Positions 18,787 to 29,314 of a stretch of 64,000 nucleotides of DNA are shown one piece after another (the first letter of the stretch is position 1; each line of letters starts with the position of its first letter). Under the pieces are notes generated by a model. That model was not told the origin of the DNA, made no database searches, and was given only the letters and a program-made list of their open reading frames with translations. The translations under genes and the position numbers were made by a program. Source of the stretch: Loktanella sp. GTDB lineage: Bacteria > Pseudomonadota > Alphaproteobacteria > Rhodobacterales > Rhodobacteraceae. The stretch covers positions 74,121 through 138,120 of the forward strand of contig JAGXIQ010000112.1 of assembly GCA_024635625.1 (NCBI GenBank), written 5' to 3'.

Positions 18787-21042
18787 TTAACCAACCTTAC
18801 AGGCGGCAAATACCGCCATATTCAAAATGTCATTCACAGTGCTAACGGTCGAACAGATCTGGATCGGCTTGTCGATGCCCGATAGAATCGGCCCGATGAT
18901 CGTCGCCCCTGCCATTTCCTGCATCAACTTTACCGATATGCTGGCAGAATGCCGCGCAGGCACCACCAGAACATTGGCCGGCCCTGTCAGACGGCTGAAC
19001 GGGTAATGCGCCTGTGCTGCAGGATTCAAAGCTACGTCGACGGTCATCTCTCCTTCATATTCGAAATCGACACCACGCGCGTCAAGGACCGTCGGTGCAA
19101 TGTGCATTTTCTCGGCACGTTCAGACACCGGATAGCCAAAAGTGGAAAACGACAGGAAGGCTACGCGCGGCTCAAGGCCAAGATCGCGGGCGACGGCCGC
19201 GCCACGCTCTGCGATATCGGCAAGGTCGTTCTGGTCGGGCCATTCGTGCACCAGTGTATCGGCGATCAATACAATACGGCCACGGTTCAAAACAGCAGTG
19301 ACACCGACAGCACCGTCGTGTGGGCCTGCGTCAAAGACATGGTTAATCAATTCAAGCACATGGGCAGATTTACGGGTCGCACCGGTAACCATCCCATCGG
19401 CGTGACCATGCGCCAGCATAAGGGCGGCGAATACGTGACGATCGCGGGCGGCAAGGCGGTGGACGTCCTGCCGGTCATGCCCCTTGCGCTGCAGGCGTTC
19501 GTACAGAAAGGTCTTATAAGTCTCTAAGTGGGGCGTATTGGCTGCGTTGACGACTTCCAATTCCTCTATCGCGTCGCCCAGACCTTCTGCATTTAACATA
19601 ACCTCGACGTCCTTAGTCCGCCCAATGACGATGGCTTTTCCCAGCCCTTGGCGCTGATAGGCGATTGCGGCACGCAGGACGCGTGGATCGTCACCTTCGG
19701 TGAAAATCACGCTTGATTGTGCCTGTCGCGCTCGGGCGTTCAGACCGCGCAGAATGTTCGCCGTTGGATCCATCCGGGATTTGAGGGAAGCCTCGTATGC
19801 CTCCATGTCGATGATCGGACGGCGGGCGACACCGGTGGCCATGCCGGCCTTCGCGACCGCTGGCGGGATACGGTGGATCAGGCGGGGATCAAAAGGCGTG
19901 GGAATAATGTAATCGCGGCCGAAGGTCAGTTTGGTCCCGTAGGCGACCGCGACCTCTTCGGGTACATCCTCGCGCGCCAACTGAGCAAGAGCATGGGCGC
20001 AAGCAATCTTCATCTCGTCATTGATCGCGCGGGCGTGGATATCCAGTGCGCCGCGAAACAGATAGGGAAAGCCTAGGACGTTGTTTACTTGGTTCGGATA
20101 GTCGCTTCGCCCTGTTGCGACTATCGCATCGGCCCGGACGGCGCGGGCCTCTTCTGGCGTAATCTCTGGGTCCGGGTTTGCCATGGCAAAGATCACCGGA
20201 TTAGGGGCCATATCTGACACCATTTCGGGGGTAACAGCCCCTTTTGCGCTGACACCAAGGAACACGTCAGCCCCCTTCATCGCATCCGCAAGGGTGCGAG
20301 CGGGCGTGTTAGCCGCGTGCGCGGACTTCCACTGGTTCATACCTTCGGTGCGGCCCTGATAAATCACGCCCTTCGTATCGCACATGATGCAATTGTCGTG
20401 TTTCGCGCCCATGGACTTCAATAATTCTAGACACGCGATACCCGCCGCTCCTGCGCCGTTCAGCACGATCCGCACATCCTCGATCTTCTTGCCGCTAATG
20501 TGCAAAGCGTTCAACAAACCGGCGGCGCAGATAACCGCGGTGCCGTGCTGGTCATCGTGAAAGACGGGAATATCCATCTCTTCCTTCAGACGCTGCTCGA
20601 TGATGAAGCACTCGGGCGCCTTGATATCTTCTAGGTTGATGCCGCCGAATGTTGGCCCCATCAGGCGGACGGCATTGCAAAATGCATCAGGGTCTTCGGT
20701 GTCCAACTCAATATCGATGGAGTTGATGTCGGCGAAGCGCTTAAAAAGGACTGACTTACCTTCCATCACCGGCTTAGAGGCCAACGCGCCGAGGTTGCCA
20801 AGACCAAGCACCGCGGTGCCGTTGCTAATGACGGCAACGAGGTTGCCCTTGTTTGTATAGTCATAGGCCGTTGCTGGATCGGCGTAAATTTCCTCACAGG
20901 GGATCGCGACGCCTGGGGAATATGCGAGGCTAAGGTCACGCTGGGTCGTCATGGGGACGGTTGCCTGTACCTCCCACTTGCCTGGTGTCGGGGCGATATG
21001 GAACGCCAAGGCATCCTCTCTTGTCAGTTTAGCCTTGGTCAT
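18787..21042 (-). CDS. maeB: NADP-dependent malic enzyme with C-terminal phosphotransacetylase-like domain
   Basis: LSLAYSPGVA, SNGTAVLGLG, KPVMEGK, FHDDQHGTA, GRSDYPNQVNN, DFEYEGEM. Confidence 0.97.
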   Translation of the reverse strand: MTKAKLTREDALAFHIAPTPGKWEVQATVPMTTQRDLSLAYSPGVAIPCEEIYADPATAYDYTNKGNLVAVISNGTAVLGLGNLGALASKPVMEGKSVLFKRFADINSIDIELDTEDPDAFCNAVRLMGPTFGGINLEDIKAPECFIIEQRLKEEMDIPVFHDDQHGTAVICAAGLLNALHISGKKIEDVRIVLNGAGAAGIACLELLKSMGAKHDNCIMCDTKGVIYQGRTEGMNQWKSAHAANTPARTLADAMKGADVFLGVSAKGAVTPEMVSDMAPNPVIFAMANPDPEITPEEARAVRADAIVATGRSDYPNQVNNVLGFPYLFRGALDIHARAINDEMKIACAHALAQLAREDVPEEVAVAYGTKLTFGRDYIIPTPFDPRLIHRIPPAVAKAGMATGVARRPIIDMEAYEASLKSRMDPTANILRGLNARARQAQSSVIFTEGDDPRVLRAAIAYQRQGLGKAIVIGRTKDVEVMLNAEGLGDAIEELEVVNAANTPHLETYKTFLYERLQRKGHDRQDVHRLAARDRHVFAALMLAHGHADGMVTGATRKSAHVLELINHVFDAGPHDGAVGVTAVLNRGRIVLIADTLVHEWPDQNDLADIAERGAAVARDLGLEPRVAFLSFSTFGYPVSERAEKMHIAPTVLDARGVDFEYEGEMTVDVALNPAAQAHYPFSRLTGPANVLVVPARHSASISVKLMQEMAGATIIGPILSGIDKPIQICSTVSTVNDILNMAVFAACKVG

Positions 21043-21453
21043 GGGCACCTTTTCCTTCCGCTTTGATTATCGCTGCGAAGGACCATTAAGGCAGGTTTGC
21101 CGAGAGCCGTCCACTGCACTGTCCCGACCTTTGTTTCCCATACAGAGCACGCGAGAAGAAGGGTTTTGAGGTGCCGAAAAGGATCACCGACAACCCTTGC
21201 AGGAATGGCCAGGCGCCTCTGATGTCACGGCAATCATCTACAAACATTTGGTCTGTGTGCTATCACAACATCAGCAGTCTGCTGTTTTCAGGGCATGCTT
21301 TTCTGGATCAAGACTGAACCGTTCTATGTGGTTATCGAGGACGGCCAGCGTCCTAGTTTGGCGACCGAGATGGACTTTGCCGGTGCCTGCGTGATCCAGC
21401 AATTTAATATTCTTTTTGGACATGTTAGGCAGCCGCAGGGTGAGGTGAATGTC

Positions 21454-24099
21454 ATGTCTGAGACCATAAATGCTGTCGTGACGCCTATGATGGCGCAATA
21501 TCTTGACCTGAAGGCGGGGTATCCAGATGCGATCCTGTTCTATCGCATGGGCGACTTCTACGAGATGTTCTTCGACGACGCCGTCGCGGCCGCATCCGCC
21601 TTAGACATCGCCTTGACCAAGCGCGGCAAACATTTGGGCGAAGATATCGCCATGTGTGGCGTACCAGTGCACAGCGCAGAAGGTTACCTTTTGACACTGA
21701 TCCGAAAGGGCTTTCGGGTTGCTGTCTGCGAACAGATGGAAGATCCCGCAGAAGCCAAAAAGCGTGGGTCGAAATCCGTCGTGAAACGCGACGTCGTGCG
21801 GCTGGTGACCCCGGGCACCCTGACCGAAGACACGCTGCTAGACGCGCGGCGTCACAACTTTTTGGCAGCAATTGCGCAGGTCAGGGATGTAACGGCCTTG
21901 GCGTGGGTCGACATCTCGACCGGGGCACTGCGGGTCATGGATTGCCCACCAGTTGGCCTAGGCCCTGAACTGGCGCGGCTGGTCCCGCGCGAGGTTCTGA
22001 TTGCTGATGGGGCAGAAGGCGCGTTCCGAGATATCGTCAGCGAAAACGGCGGCAGCTTGACGCCTTTAGGGCGGTCCGCATTCGACAGCACGCAAGGTGA
22101 AAAGAGGTTATGTACGCTGTTCGGCGTCGGATCGCTGGATGCTTTTGGCAGTTTCAGCCGGGCCGAGGTCGCGGCGTTGGCGGGGCTGGTTGAATATCTG
22201 GACATCACGCAGAAAGGCAACCTGCCCTTGCTGCGGCCCCCTGTGCAGGAAAACCGGGCCGCAATCATGCAGATTGACGCCGCGACACGACGCTCGCTGG
22301 AATTGACGCATGGCATGGGTGGTGGGCGGTCGGGGTCGCTATTAGACGCAGTGGATCGGACAGTTACGGCAGCGGGCGCACGGCTTTTAGAACGGCGCTT
22401 ATCTTCACCTTCGCGTCGGATAGATATCATCACTGCGCGGCAGGATGCTGTCGCAACGCTTGTAGACCACCCAACCCTGACGGAAGACCTGCGTGATCAC
22501 TTGCGCGGCGTACACGACCTTGATCGCGCCTTATCGCGGCTCGCGCTTGATCGGGGTGGCCCGCGCGATATCGCAGCGATCAGGAATACCATTGCGCAAT
22601 CTGGAATCCTACATCAGGCTCTAAACAAGAGCATTCTATCCGATCTACTGGAAGCCGCACATTGGGATCTGGTAGGGCATGAAACGCTTTTAGCGCTCCT
22701 GGATGTCGCACTGGTCGCTGAGCCACCGCTTTTGGCACGCGACGGCGGTTTCATCGCGCCGGGGTATGACGATGCCTTGGACGCCGCCCGAAAACTGCGC
22801 GACGAGGGACGCAGCGTGATCGCGCAAATGCAGGCAGATTTCATTAAGCAAACCGGGATTAACGCGCTAAAGATCAAACATAACAACGTTTTGGGTTATT
22901 TCATCGAAACAACTGCGACCCACGCAGAGCGGATGATGGCCCCGCCGTTGTCCGAAACCTTTATACACCGCCAAACGACAGCCAACCAAGTGCGCTTCAC
23001 CACCATCGAATTGAATGAAATCGAATCCCGCATATTAAACGCCGGTGGTGAAGCGCTAGAGATCGAAAAGCGTCTCTATTCGAACCTTTGTGCCGCAATT
23101 CTGTCGGAACAGGCTGCCTTAGGCCAGTTGGCACGGGCGCTGTCAGAGTTCGATCTTGCCGCCGCACTCGCGCATCTGGCGCGTCAGGATGACTGGGTCA
23201 GGCCGCAGATCGACGACAGCCGCGCATTTAACATCACCGGCGGGCGCCATCCCGTGGTCGAAGAAGCGTTACGTAAATCCGGTACCGCGTTTGTCGCCAA
23301 TGACTGCGACCTGACGGACACGCCTATCTGGCTACTAACCGGTCCGAACATGGCTGGTAAATCGACATACTTGCGGCAGAATGCCTTGATCGCAGTTCTG
23401 GCACAGATGGGTGCTTTCGTACCCGCAAAGGCTGCGCAAATCGGCGTCGTCAGCCAGATCTTTAGTCGCGTCGGCGCATCCGACGATTTGGCCCGGGGCC
23501 GATCAACGTTTATGGTAGAGATGGTAGAAACGGCGGCGATCCTTAATCAGGCGGACGACCGGGCCCTTGTTATCCTTGACGAGATCGGACGCGGCACAGC
23601 TACCTACGACGGATTGTCGATTGCGTGGGCTACACTGGAACATTTGCACGACGTGAACCGGTGCCGGGCCCTATTCGCCACCCACTACCACGAGATGAGC
23701 AGCCTGTCCGCCAAGTTGGATGGCGTAGACAATGCGACAGTCAGCGTTAAGGAATGGGATGGCGACGTCATATTTCTGCACGAAGTCAAAAAGGGCACCG
23801 CTGATCGCAGCTACGGTGTGCAGGTCGCGCGCTTGGCAGGTCTACCCGCGGTCGTCGTTGCACGTGCAAAAGTCGTTCTGGAGGCCCTAGAAAAGGGAGA
23901 GCGTGAAGGGGGGACGTCCCGACGGGCGTTCATCGACGACCTGCCCCTATTTGCAGCCGCACCGCCACCGCCGAAACCCGCCCCTTCGCAAGCGTCGGCG
24001 GTAGAGGCGCGGTTGAAGGATATCCTGCCTGACGACCTGACTCCTAAGGACGCGCTTGCTTTGGTCTACGAGCTTCGGGGCCTCGTCGCGCCTGACTAG
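21454..24099 (+). CDS. mutS: DNA mismatch repair protein MutS
   Basis: TPMMAQY, FYRMGDFYEMF, TGPNMAGKST, STFMVEM, DEIGRGT, SYGVQVA; start near ATG 21454, not 21295. Confidence 0.98.
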   Translation: MSETINAVVTPMMAQYLDLKAGYPDAILFYRMGDFYEMFFDDAVAAASALDIALTKRGKHLGEDIAMCGVPVHSAEGYLLTLIRKGFRVAVCEQMEDPAEAKKRGSKSVVKRDVVRLVTPGTLTEDTLLDARRHNFLAAIAQVRDVTALAWVDISTGALRVMDCPPVGLGPELARLVPREVLIADGAEGAFRDIVSENGGSLTPLGRSAFDSTQGEKRLCTLFGVGSLDAFGSFSRAEVAALAGLVEYLDITQKGNLPLLRPPVQENRAAIMQIDAATRRSLELTHGMGGGRSGSLLDAVDRTVTAAGARLLERRLSSPSRRIDIITARQDAVATLVDHPTLTEDLRDHLRGVHDLDRALSRLALDRGGPRDIAAIRNTIAQSGILHQALNKSILSDLLEAAHWDLVGHETLLALLDVALVAEPPLLARDGGFIAPGYDDALDAARKLRDEGRSVIAQMQADFIKQTGINALKIKHNNVLGYFIETTATHAERMMAPPLSETFIHRQTTANQVRFTTIELNEIESRILNAGGEALEIEKRLYSNLCAAILSEQAALGQLARALSEFDLAAALAHLARQDDWVRPQIDDSRAFNITGGRHPVVEEALRKSGTAFVANDCDLTDTPIWLLTGPNMAGKSTYLRQNALIAVLAQMGAFVPAKAAQIGVVSQIFSRVGASDDLARGRSTFMVEMVETAAILNQADDRALVILDEIGRGTATYDGLSIAWATLEHLHDVNRCRALFATHYHEMSSLSAKLDGVDNATVSVKEWDGDVIFLHEVKKGTADRSYGVQVARLAGLPAVVVARAKVVLEALEKGEREGGTSRRAFIDDLPLFAAAPPPPKPAPSQASAVEARLKDILPDDLTPKDALALVYELRGLVAPD

Positions 24100-24998
24100 A
24101 AGCGGTTTGCGGGAATTTTAAAGTAGCTGTTGCCGTCGGACTCAGGTTCCGGCAAGCGGCCACCACGCAAGTTCACTTGCAGCGCGTAAAGCATCTGCGC
24201 AGGAAGCGACAAAGTGGCATCCCTATCATCGCGGGTCTTGATGAAATTTGCGCGCTGCGTGCCTTGTTTCACGTGGATGTTGCCATGCAGATGCTCGGCA
24301 ACCGTCGCCTCGCAAGCGGGGATTTCCCGACCGTCTGCACCATAGTCGTGACCGATGAACAGACGTGTGTCTGACGGCAGCGAAAGAATATATTGGATCG
24401 TATTCCACAGTTCTGCGCTGCTGCCACCTGGAAAATCAGCGCGGGCGGTTCCGGAATCGGGTTGCATCAGAGTGTCGTGGGCAAAAGCAGCATTGCCCAC
24501 GACATAAGTGATCGAACCAAGCGTGTGGCCGGGGCTAAGCATCACGCGGACGTCGAGTTTACCGATAGTAAACATTTCGCCGTCGCCAAAAAGCCGATCA
24601 AAATCACAGATGGGATTGAAGGCATTCGGAAGATGGTAAAGATCTTGCCAAATGCGCGCGATATCTTGCGTTTTTGCCCCAATAGCGTGCGGTGCAGCTG
24701 TCTTTTTTGCCAGCCAGTTGCCGGCGGTCATGTGGTCGGCATGGGGATGGGTGTCGAGGATCCAAGCGACCGAATACCCTTCAGTCCTCACCGTCTTAAG
24801 AAGGTTTTGCGCACTATCGGATGACGTTTGGGCAGCGCTGGGATCGAAGTCCAGCACGGGGTCGATAATTGCGCATTGGCGCGTATCAGGGTCGGCGCAG
24901 ATGTATTGCCATGATCCAGTGCGCTTGTCGTATTGCCCGTGAACAATTGGGCTGCCCGGACCTTCGCTGTCGCTTTTGTTCGTGAGATAATCACTCAT
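24096..24998 (-). CDS. MBL-fold metallohydrolase, persulfide (sulfur) dioxygenase / ETHE1-Blh-like
   Basis: IIDPVLDFD, ILDTHPHADH, SPGHT, TARADFPGG, LFIGHDY, NIHV, RDATL.LP..ML.ALQVN. Confidence 0.85.
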   Translation of the reverse strand: MSDYLTNKSDSEGPGSPIVHGQYDKRTGSWQYICADPDTRQCAIIDPVLDFDPSAAQTSSDSAQNLLKTVRTEGYSVAWILDTHPHADHMTAGNWLAKKTAAPHAIGAKTQDIARIWQDLYHLPNAFNPICDFDRLFGDGEMFTIGKLDVRVMLSPGHTLGSITYVVGNAAFAHDTLMQPDSGTARADFPGGSSAELWNTIQYILSLPSDTRLFIGHDYGADGREIPACEATVAEHLHGNIHVKQGTQRANFIKTRDDRDATLSLPAQMLYALQVNLRGGRLPEPESDGNSYFKIPANRF

Positions 24999-25044
24999 GG
25001 GATCGCCTTTCATTCAGTATATTGAATGCATCTAGGCGTCGTCA

Positions 25045-25080
25045 AAGAAAGTCCAGCCCCCGCACAAGCAGGGGCCGGAC
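25045..25080 (-). terminator. Rho-independent terminator of hrcA-grpE
   Basis: Minus strand: GTCCGGCCCCTGC-TTGT-GCGGGGGCTGGAC followed by TTTCTTT. Confidence 0.8.
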
Positions 25081-25086
25081 TCGAAG

Positions 25087-25641
25087 TTAGCTAGCAGGCA
25101 TCGAAGACACGCCGACCTGTGCAGGGCGCAACAGGCGATCGTGCAACATGAAACCCTCGGTCGAAACCTGGATGATGTGACCGGATTTCGTACCGGGCAC
25201 CGGCGCTTCAAACATAGCTTGATGCACATTTGGGTCGAACTTGTCGCCCACGGCTGGCACGATTGGGTCGATGCCGTGCTTTTTAAAGACCGAGATCAGC
25301 TCTCGCATCGTCAGTTCAACGCCTTCAAGCAAGGCGGCGTTAACGGCTTTCTCTGCCTCTTCTGCGGATTGCAGCGCACGGCGCAAGTTGTCGTAGACCG
25401 GCAAGAGGTCGCGGGACATGCGAGAGTTGCCGTAATTTTCGGCCTCTTTGCGGTCACGGTCGGCGCGTTTGCGCGTGTTTTCTGCGTCAGCGAGTGCGCG
25501 CATGAACTTGTCGCGCATTTCGTCCCGCTCGGCCTCTATTGTGGCGATACGGGCCAGAACGTCCTCGCCAGCAGCATCCATGGCGTCGCCTTCGGCGGCC
25601 ATATCATCAAGGCTCATCGGTTCACTGTTATCGTCGGACAT
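25087..25641 (-). CDS. grpE: Nucleotide exchange factor GrpE
   Basis: RALADAENTRKR, LLPVYDNL, FDPNVHQAM, GFMLHDRLLRPAQV. Confidence 0.97.
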   Translation of the reverse strand: MSDDNSEPMSLDDMAAEGDAMDAAGEDVLARIATIEAERDEMRDKFMRALADAENTRKRADRDRKEAENYGNSRMSRDLLPVYDNLRRALQSAEEAEKAVNAALLEGVELTMRELISVFKKHGIDPIVPAVGDKFDPNVHQAMFEAPVPGTKSGHIIQVSTEGFMLHDRLLRPAQVGVSSMPAS

Positions 25642-25653
25642 GGTCACTTCCTG

Positions 25654-26718
25654 TCAGGTGCGGTCGGCGATCATCTTGCCCACGCGCTGTGCGGTGTAAT
25701 TCACGATGGGCACGATCCGCCCATAATTCAGTCGTGTTGGACCAATGACGCCTACGGCGCCGATTATCTTACGGTCGGCGTTCATATAAGGAGAAACGAC
25801 CAGAGAGGAACCCGAAAGTGAGAAAAGTTTGTTTTCCGAGCCGATAAAAATGCGCACACCGTCCCCGTCCTCTGCCAATTCCAGAAACTGAGCGATATCC
25901 CGCTTGCGTTCGAGATCATCAAAGAGGCTGCGGATGCGGTCGATATCGCCGGCCTGATCGGGGTCGCCAAGCAGGTGGCTGCTGCCGCGTACGATCAAAC
26001 GTTCGTTTTGTTCGCCTTCGTTTTCCCAAAGGACGGCACCGGATTGCACCAGTTCCGCTGCAAGGGTGTCGATCTCCTGCCGCCGCGATTTAATCTCGCG
26101 GGCGATGTGGCCTCCTAGAGTAGAAAGGGTCTGCCCCTCTGCAATAGCGTTCAGAAAATTGGCCGCCTCTCTCATTGAAGAAGGGGTTTGGCCCGGCGGT
26201 GGTGTAAAAATACGGTTTTCGACGTGCCCGTCCGCAAAGACCAGCACGACCAGGGCGCGCGTGGTCGAAAGAGAGACGAATTCGATATGGCGGATGGGTG
26301 CTTCGTGTTTTGGCGTCAGGACGAGGCTAGCGACCTGAGTCACGCCAGAAAGCGCCGATCCCACACGGTCAAGCATCGTGGCAACATCGTCGTCACCGTC
26401 GCCAAGGGTCTGGTCAATTCGGGTGCGATCTTCTCCGGATAGATCGCCCACTTCTAGCAGGCCATCCACGAACATGCGCAGGCCCAACTGAGTTGGCACC
26501 CGACCGGCGCTGACATGGGGACTGCCAAGCAGGCCAAGGTATTCGAGGTCGTTCATCACATTACGGATCGTGGCCGCACTGACCTGTTCAGTCAGCGTCC
26601 GCGTCAGCGTCCGGCTGCCCACGGGCGCACCAGTTTCCAGATAGCCTTCGACGATGCGCCGAAACACCTCGCGTGAGCGAACGTTCATGTCGTCGATATT
26701 TGGCGTGCGTTCAGGCAT
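25654..26718 (-). CDS. hrcA: Heat-inducible transcription repressor HrcA
   Basis: YLETGAPVGS, ATIRNVMNDLE..GLL.SPHVSAGRVPT, IFIGSEN, GVIGPTRLNY. Confidence 0.97.
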   Translation of the reverse strand: MPERTPNIDDMNVRSREVFRRIVEGYLETGAPVGSRTLTRTLTEQVSAATIRNVMNDLEYLGLLGSPHVSAGRVPTQLGLRMFVDGLLEVGDLSGEDRTRIDQTLGDGDDDVATMLDRVGSALSGVTQVASLVLTPKHEAPIRHIEFVSLSTTRALVVLVFADGHVENRIFTPPPGQTPSSMREAANFLNAIAEGQTLSTLGGHIAREIKSRRQEIDTLAAELVQSGAVLWENEGEQNERLIVRGSSHLLGDPDQAGDIDRIRSLFDDLERKRDIAQFLELAEDGDGVRIFIGSENKLFSLSGSSLVVSPYMNADRKIIGAVGVIGPTRLNYGRIVPIVNYTAQRVGKMIADRT

Positions 26719-26836
26719 GGTTTTCCGGTTGCGGGGGCTGCGTCATTAAAGCGTGTCGGCCCGTGACGTCAATCGGGCTTGGATTTCATAGATGGGCGGC
26801 GTATCCGACGAACGCAACCTTGAAAGGACCCGTCCC

Positions 26837-27544
26837 ATGCGCCCATCCGGCCGTAATACCGACCAAATGCGTAATGTCAGCATCGAAACTGCCGTGACGC
26901 GCCACGCGGAAGGGTCCTGCCTAATCCGTATGGGCGACACCCATGTCCTCTGCACCGCCACGATCGACGAACGTGTGCCGCCGTTCCTAAAAAACTCTGG
27001 CTTGGGTTGGGTGACTGCGGAATACGGAATGCTGCCGCGCGCGACGCATACGCGGATGCGGCGCGAGGCCAAAAATGGACAAACTGGCCGAACCCAAGAA
27101 ATTCAACGGCTGATCGGGCGCAGTTTGCGTGCTGGTGTTGACCGGGTCGCATTAGGCGAACGTCAAATCACAGTCGATTGCGATGTCATTCAGGCAGATG
27201 GTGGGACGCGATGTGCGTCGATCACCGGTGGTTGGGTCGCGCTAAAGCTAGCTGTAAACAAGCTGATGAAAGCCGGGATCGTCATTAGCGATCCACTGAT
27301 CGACCCGGTAGCGGCGATTTCATGCGGCATCTATGCGGGGCAAGAGATTCTTGATCTGGACTATCCAGAGGACAGCGAAGCCGGCGTGGATGGTAATTTC
27401 ATCATGACCGCAGGAAAACTGGTCGAAGTGCAGATGTCCGCCGAGGGGGCTACTTTTACACGAGGTCAGATGGACAGACTGCTAGATTTAGCTGAATCCG
27501 GCATCACAGACCTGAACCGCGTTCAGATGGAGGCGGTGAAGTGA
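26837..27544 (+). CDS. rph: Ribonuclease PH
   Basis: [46 protein letters not shown]. Confidence 0.98.
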   Translation: MRPSGRNTDQMRNVSIETAVTRHAEGSCLIRMGDTHVLCTATIDERVPPFLKNSGLGWVTAEYGMLPRATHTRMRREAKNGQTGRTQEIQRLIGRSLRAGVDRVALGERQITVDCDVIQADGGTRCASITGGWVALKLAVNKLMKAGIVISDPLIDPVAAISCGIYAGQEILDLDYPEDSEAGVDGNFIMTAGKLVEVQMSAEGATFTRGQMDRLLDLAESGITDLNRVQMEAVK

Positions 27545-28149
27545 GGCGCTTTGAAGGCAAGGACCTTGTTATTGCAACCCATAATAACGGAAAATTAGAA
27601 GAGATCGGTGACCTTCTTTCACCCTTTGGTGTGACGCTGTCATCGAACGCTGACCATGGATTGCCAGAGCCGGATGAAACGGAGACGACTTTTGTCGGCA
27701 ACGCTAGGATCAAAGCCCACGCCGCGGCCAAAGCGACCGGCCTGCCCGCTCTTGCGGATGATAGCGGCCTTGAGATCGACAGCCTGGGCGGTGCGCCCGG
27801 AGTTTATACGGCAGACTGGGCCGAAACACCGCAAGGCCGTGATTTTGGTATGGCGATGCAGCGGGCTTGGGACGCGCTGCAGGCGGCAGATGCACCCTCT
27901 CCCAGAACGGCGCGGTTTTGCTGCACGTTGGTCTTGGCGTGGCCTGATGGGCACGACGAAGTTTTCGCAGGCGTCATGCCAGGGCAAATTGTCTGGCCAG
28001 GGCGTGGTGGACGGGGACATGGCTATGATCCGATTTTTCAGCCCGAAGGCTACGACATGACCTTTGGCGAGATGGATCGCTGGGAAAAGAATAAAATTAG
28101 CCACCGTGCCGATGCTTTTACCAAGCTCGTGGCGGGTTGTTTTGCCTGA
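27541..28149 (+). CDS. rdgB: dITP/XTP pyrophosphatase
   Basis: [46 protein letters not shown]. Confidence 0.96.
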   Translation: MRRFEGKDLVIATHNNGKLEEIGDLLSPFGVTLSSNADHGLPEPDETETTFVGNARIKAHAAAKATGLPALADDSGLEIDSLGGAPGVYTADWAETPQGRDFGMAMQRAWDALQAADAPSPRTARFCCTLVLAWPDGHDEVFAGVMPGQIVWPGRGGRGHGYDPIFQPEGYDMTFGEMDRWEKNKISHRADAFTKLVAGCFA

Positions 28150-29314
28150 AGTCATTCCAATAGACGATTGGCGGTCGGGCGGATTTGGTCTGTATTTGCA
28201 CTGGCCGTTCTGCAAGGCGAAGTGCCCTTATTGCGACTTCAACTCACACGTCAGCGCGCACATCGACGAAGCACGATGGCAAGCAGCCTATTTGAGCGAA
28301 ATTGCGCGAGTTGGTCGTGAAACCGAAGGACGCGTACTGCAATCCGTCTTTTTTGGTGGCGGCACGCCAAGCATGATGTCCCCCGAATTGGTTGATGCCG
28401 TCATCCGGCAGATTCGTGCCACATGGCCGATGGCAAATGATGCCGAGATTACCCTTGAAGCCAATCCAACCTCGGTCGAGGCGGGTCGATTTGCTGGATA
28501 TCGAGATGCTGGCGTCAACCGGGTGTCGCTGGGCGTTCAAGCACTGAACGATGCAGATTTACGCCGTCTGGGCCGCGTGCACACGACAGATGAGGCCATG
28601 GCAGCATTTGACATTGCACGACACGCATTCGAAAGAGTCAGCTTTGATCTGATCTATTCGCGTCAGGATCAGGACCTAACGGCTTGGAAAAAAGAGCTAA
28701 CTTTGGCGCTTTCCATGGCTGTTGACCATTTGTCGCTTTACCAACTTACGGTCGAGGACGGCACAGTCTTTGGTGCTCGCGCTGCCGCAGGGCAATTGCG
28801 CGGACTACCAGACGAGGATCTTGGCGCAGACATGTATCTAGCAACACAGGATATCTGCGCCGCCGCAGGGTTCGTGGGTTACGAAGTTTCGAACCATGCG
28901 CGATCTGGTGCCGAAAGTATTCACAACAGGATATACTGGCAGTCTGGCGACTATGTCGGCATAGGGCCGGGCGCACAGGGTCGACTGACACTTGATGGGC
29001 AGCGGTGGGGTACAAGCACCCCCTTGGCGCCAATGCCGTGGCTAGCGCAGGTGGAGGGTACTGGAGCAGGCGAACAAGCACGGGAAGTCATTGATGCTGC
29101 GGACCATCGGACCGAAATATTATTGATGGGGATGCGGCTACGCGAAGGCGTAGATAAGGCTCGACTCCGTAGAAATGGATACAATCCAGATAGGAAAGCA
29201 GTCCACGACCTCGTCGAACTGGACTTAATTATGAATGACAGCGACAGACTGCGCGCTACGACCGCAGGACGGCCCGTCTTGAATGGCATCCTGCGAGCCC
29301 TGTTAGCGGATTAG
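28142..29314 (+). CDS. hemW: Radical SAM heme chaperone HemW (HemN-like)
   Basis: LYLHWPFCKAKCPYCDFNS, FFGGGTPS, EANP, YEVSN; start uncertain (TTG 28142 chosen). Confidence 0.92.
   Translation: MPEVIPIDDWRSGGFGLYLHWPFCKAKCPYCDFNSHVSAHIDEARWQAAYLSEIARVGRETEGRVLQSVFFGGGTPSMMSPELVDAVIRQIRATWPMANDAEITLEANPTSVEAGRFAGYRDAGVNRVSLGVQALNDADLRRLGRVHTTDEAMAAFDIARHAFERVSFDLIYSRQDQDLTAWKKELTLALSMAVDHLSLYQLTVEDGTVFGARAAAGQLRGLPDEDLGADMYLATQDICAAAGFVGYEVSNHARSGAESIHNRIYWQSGDYVGIGPGAQGRLTLDGQRWGTSTPLAPMPWLAQVEGTGAGEQAREVIDAADHRTEILLMGMRLREGVDKARLRRNGYNPDRKAVHDLVELDLIMNDSDRLRATTAGRPVLNGILRALLAD

Noticed and set aside
26719-26836. CIRCE element near hrcA/grpE
   Set aside because: No TTAGCACTC-N9-GAGTGCTAA found; only a sigma70-like TTGACG-N16-TTTAAT on the minus strand
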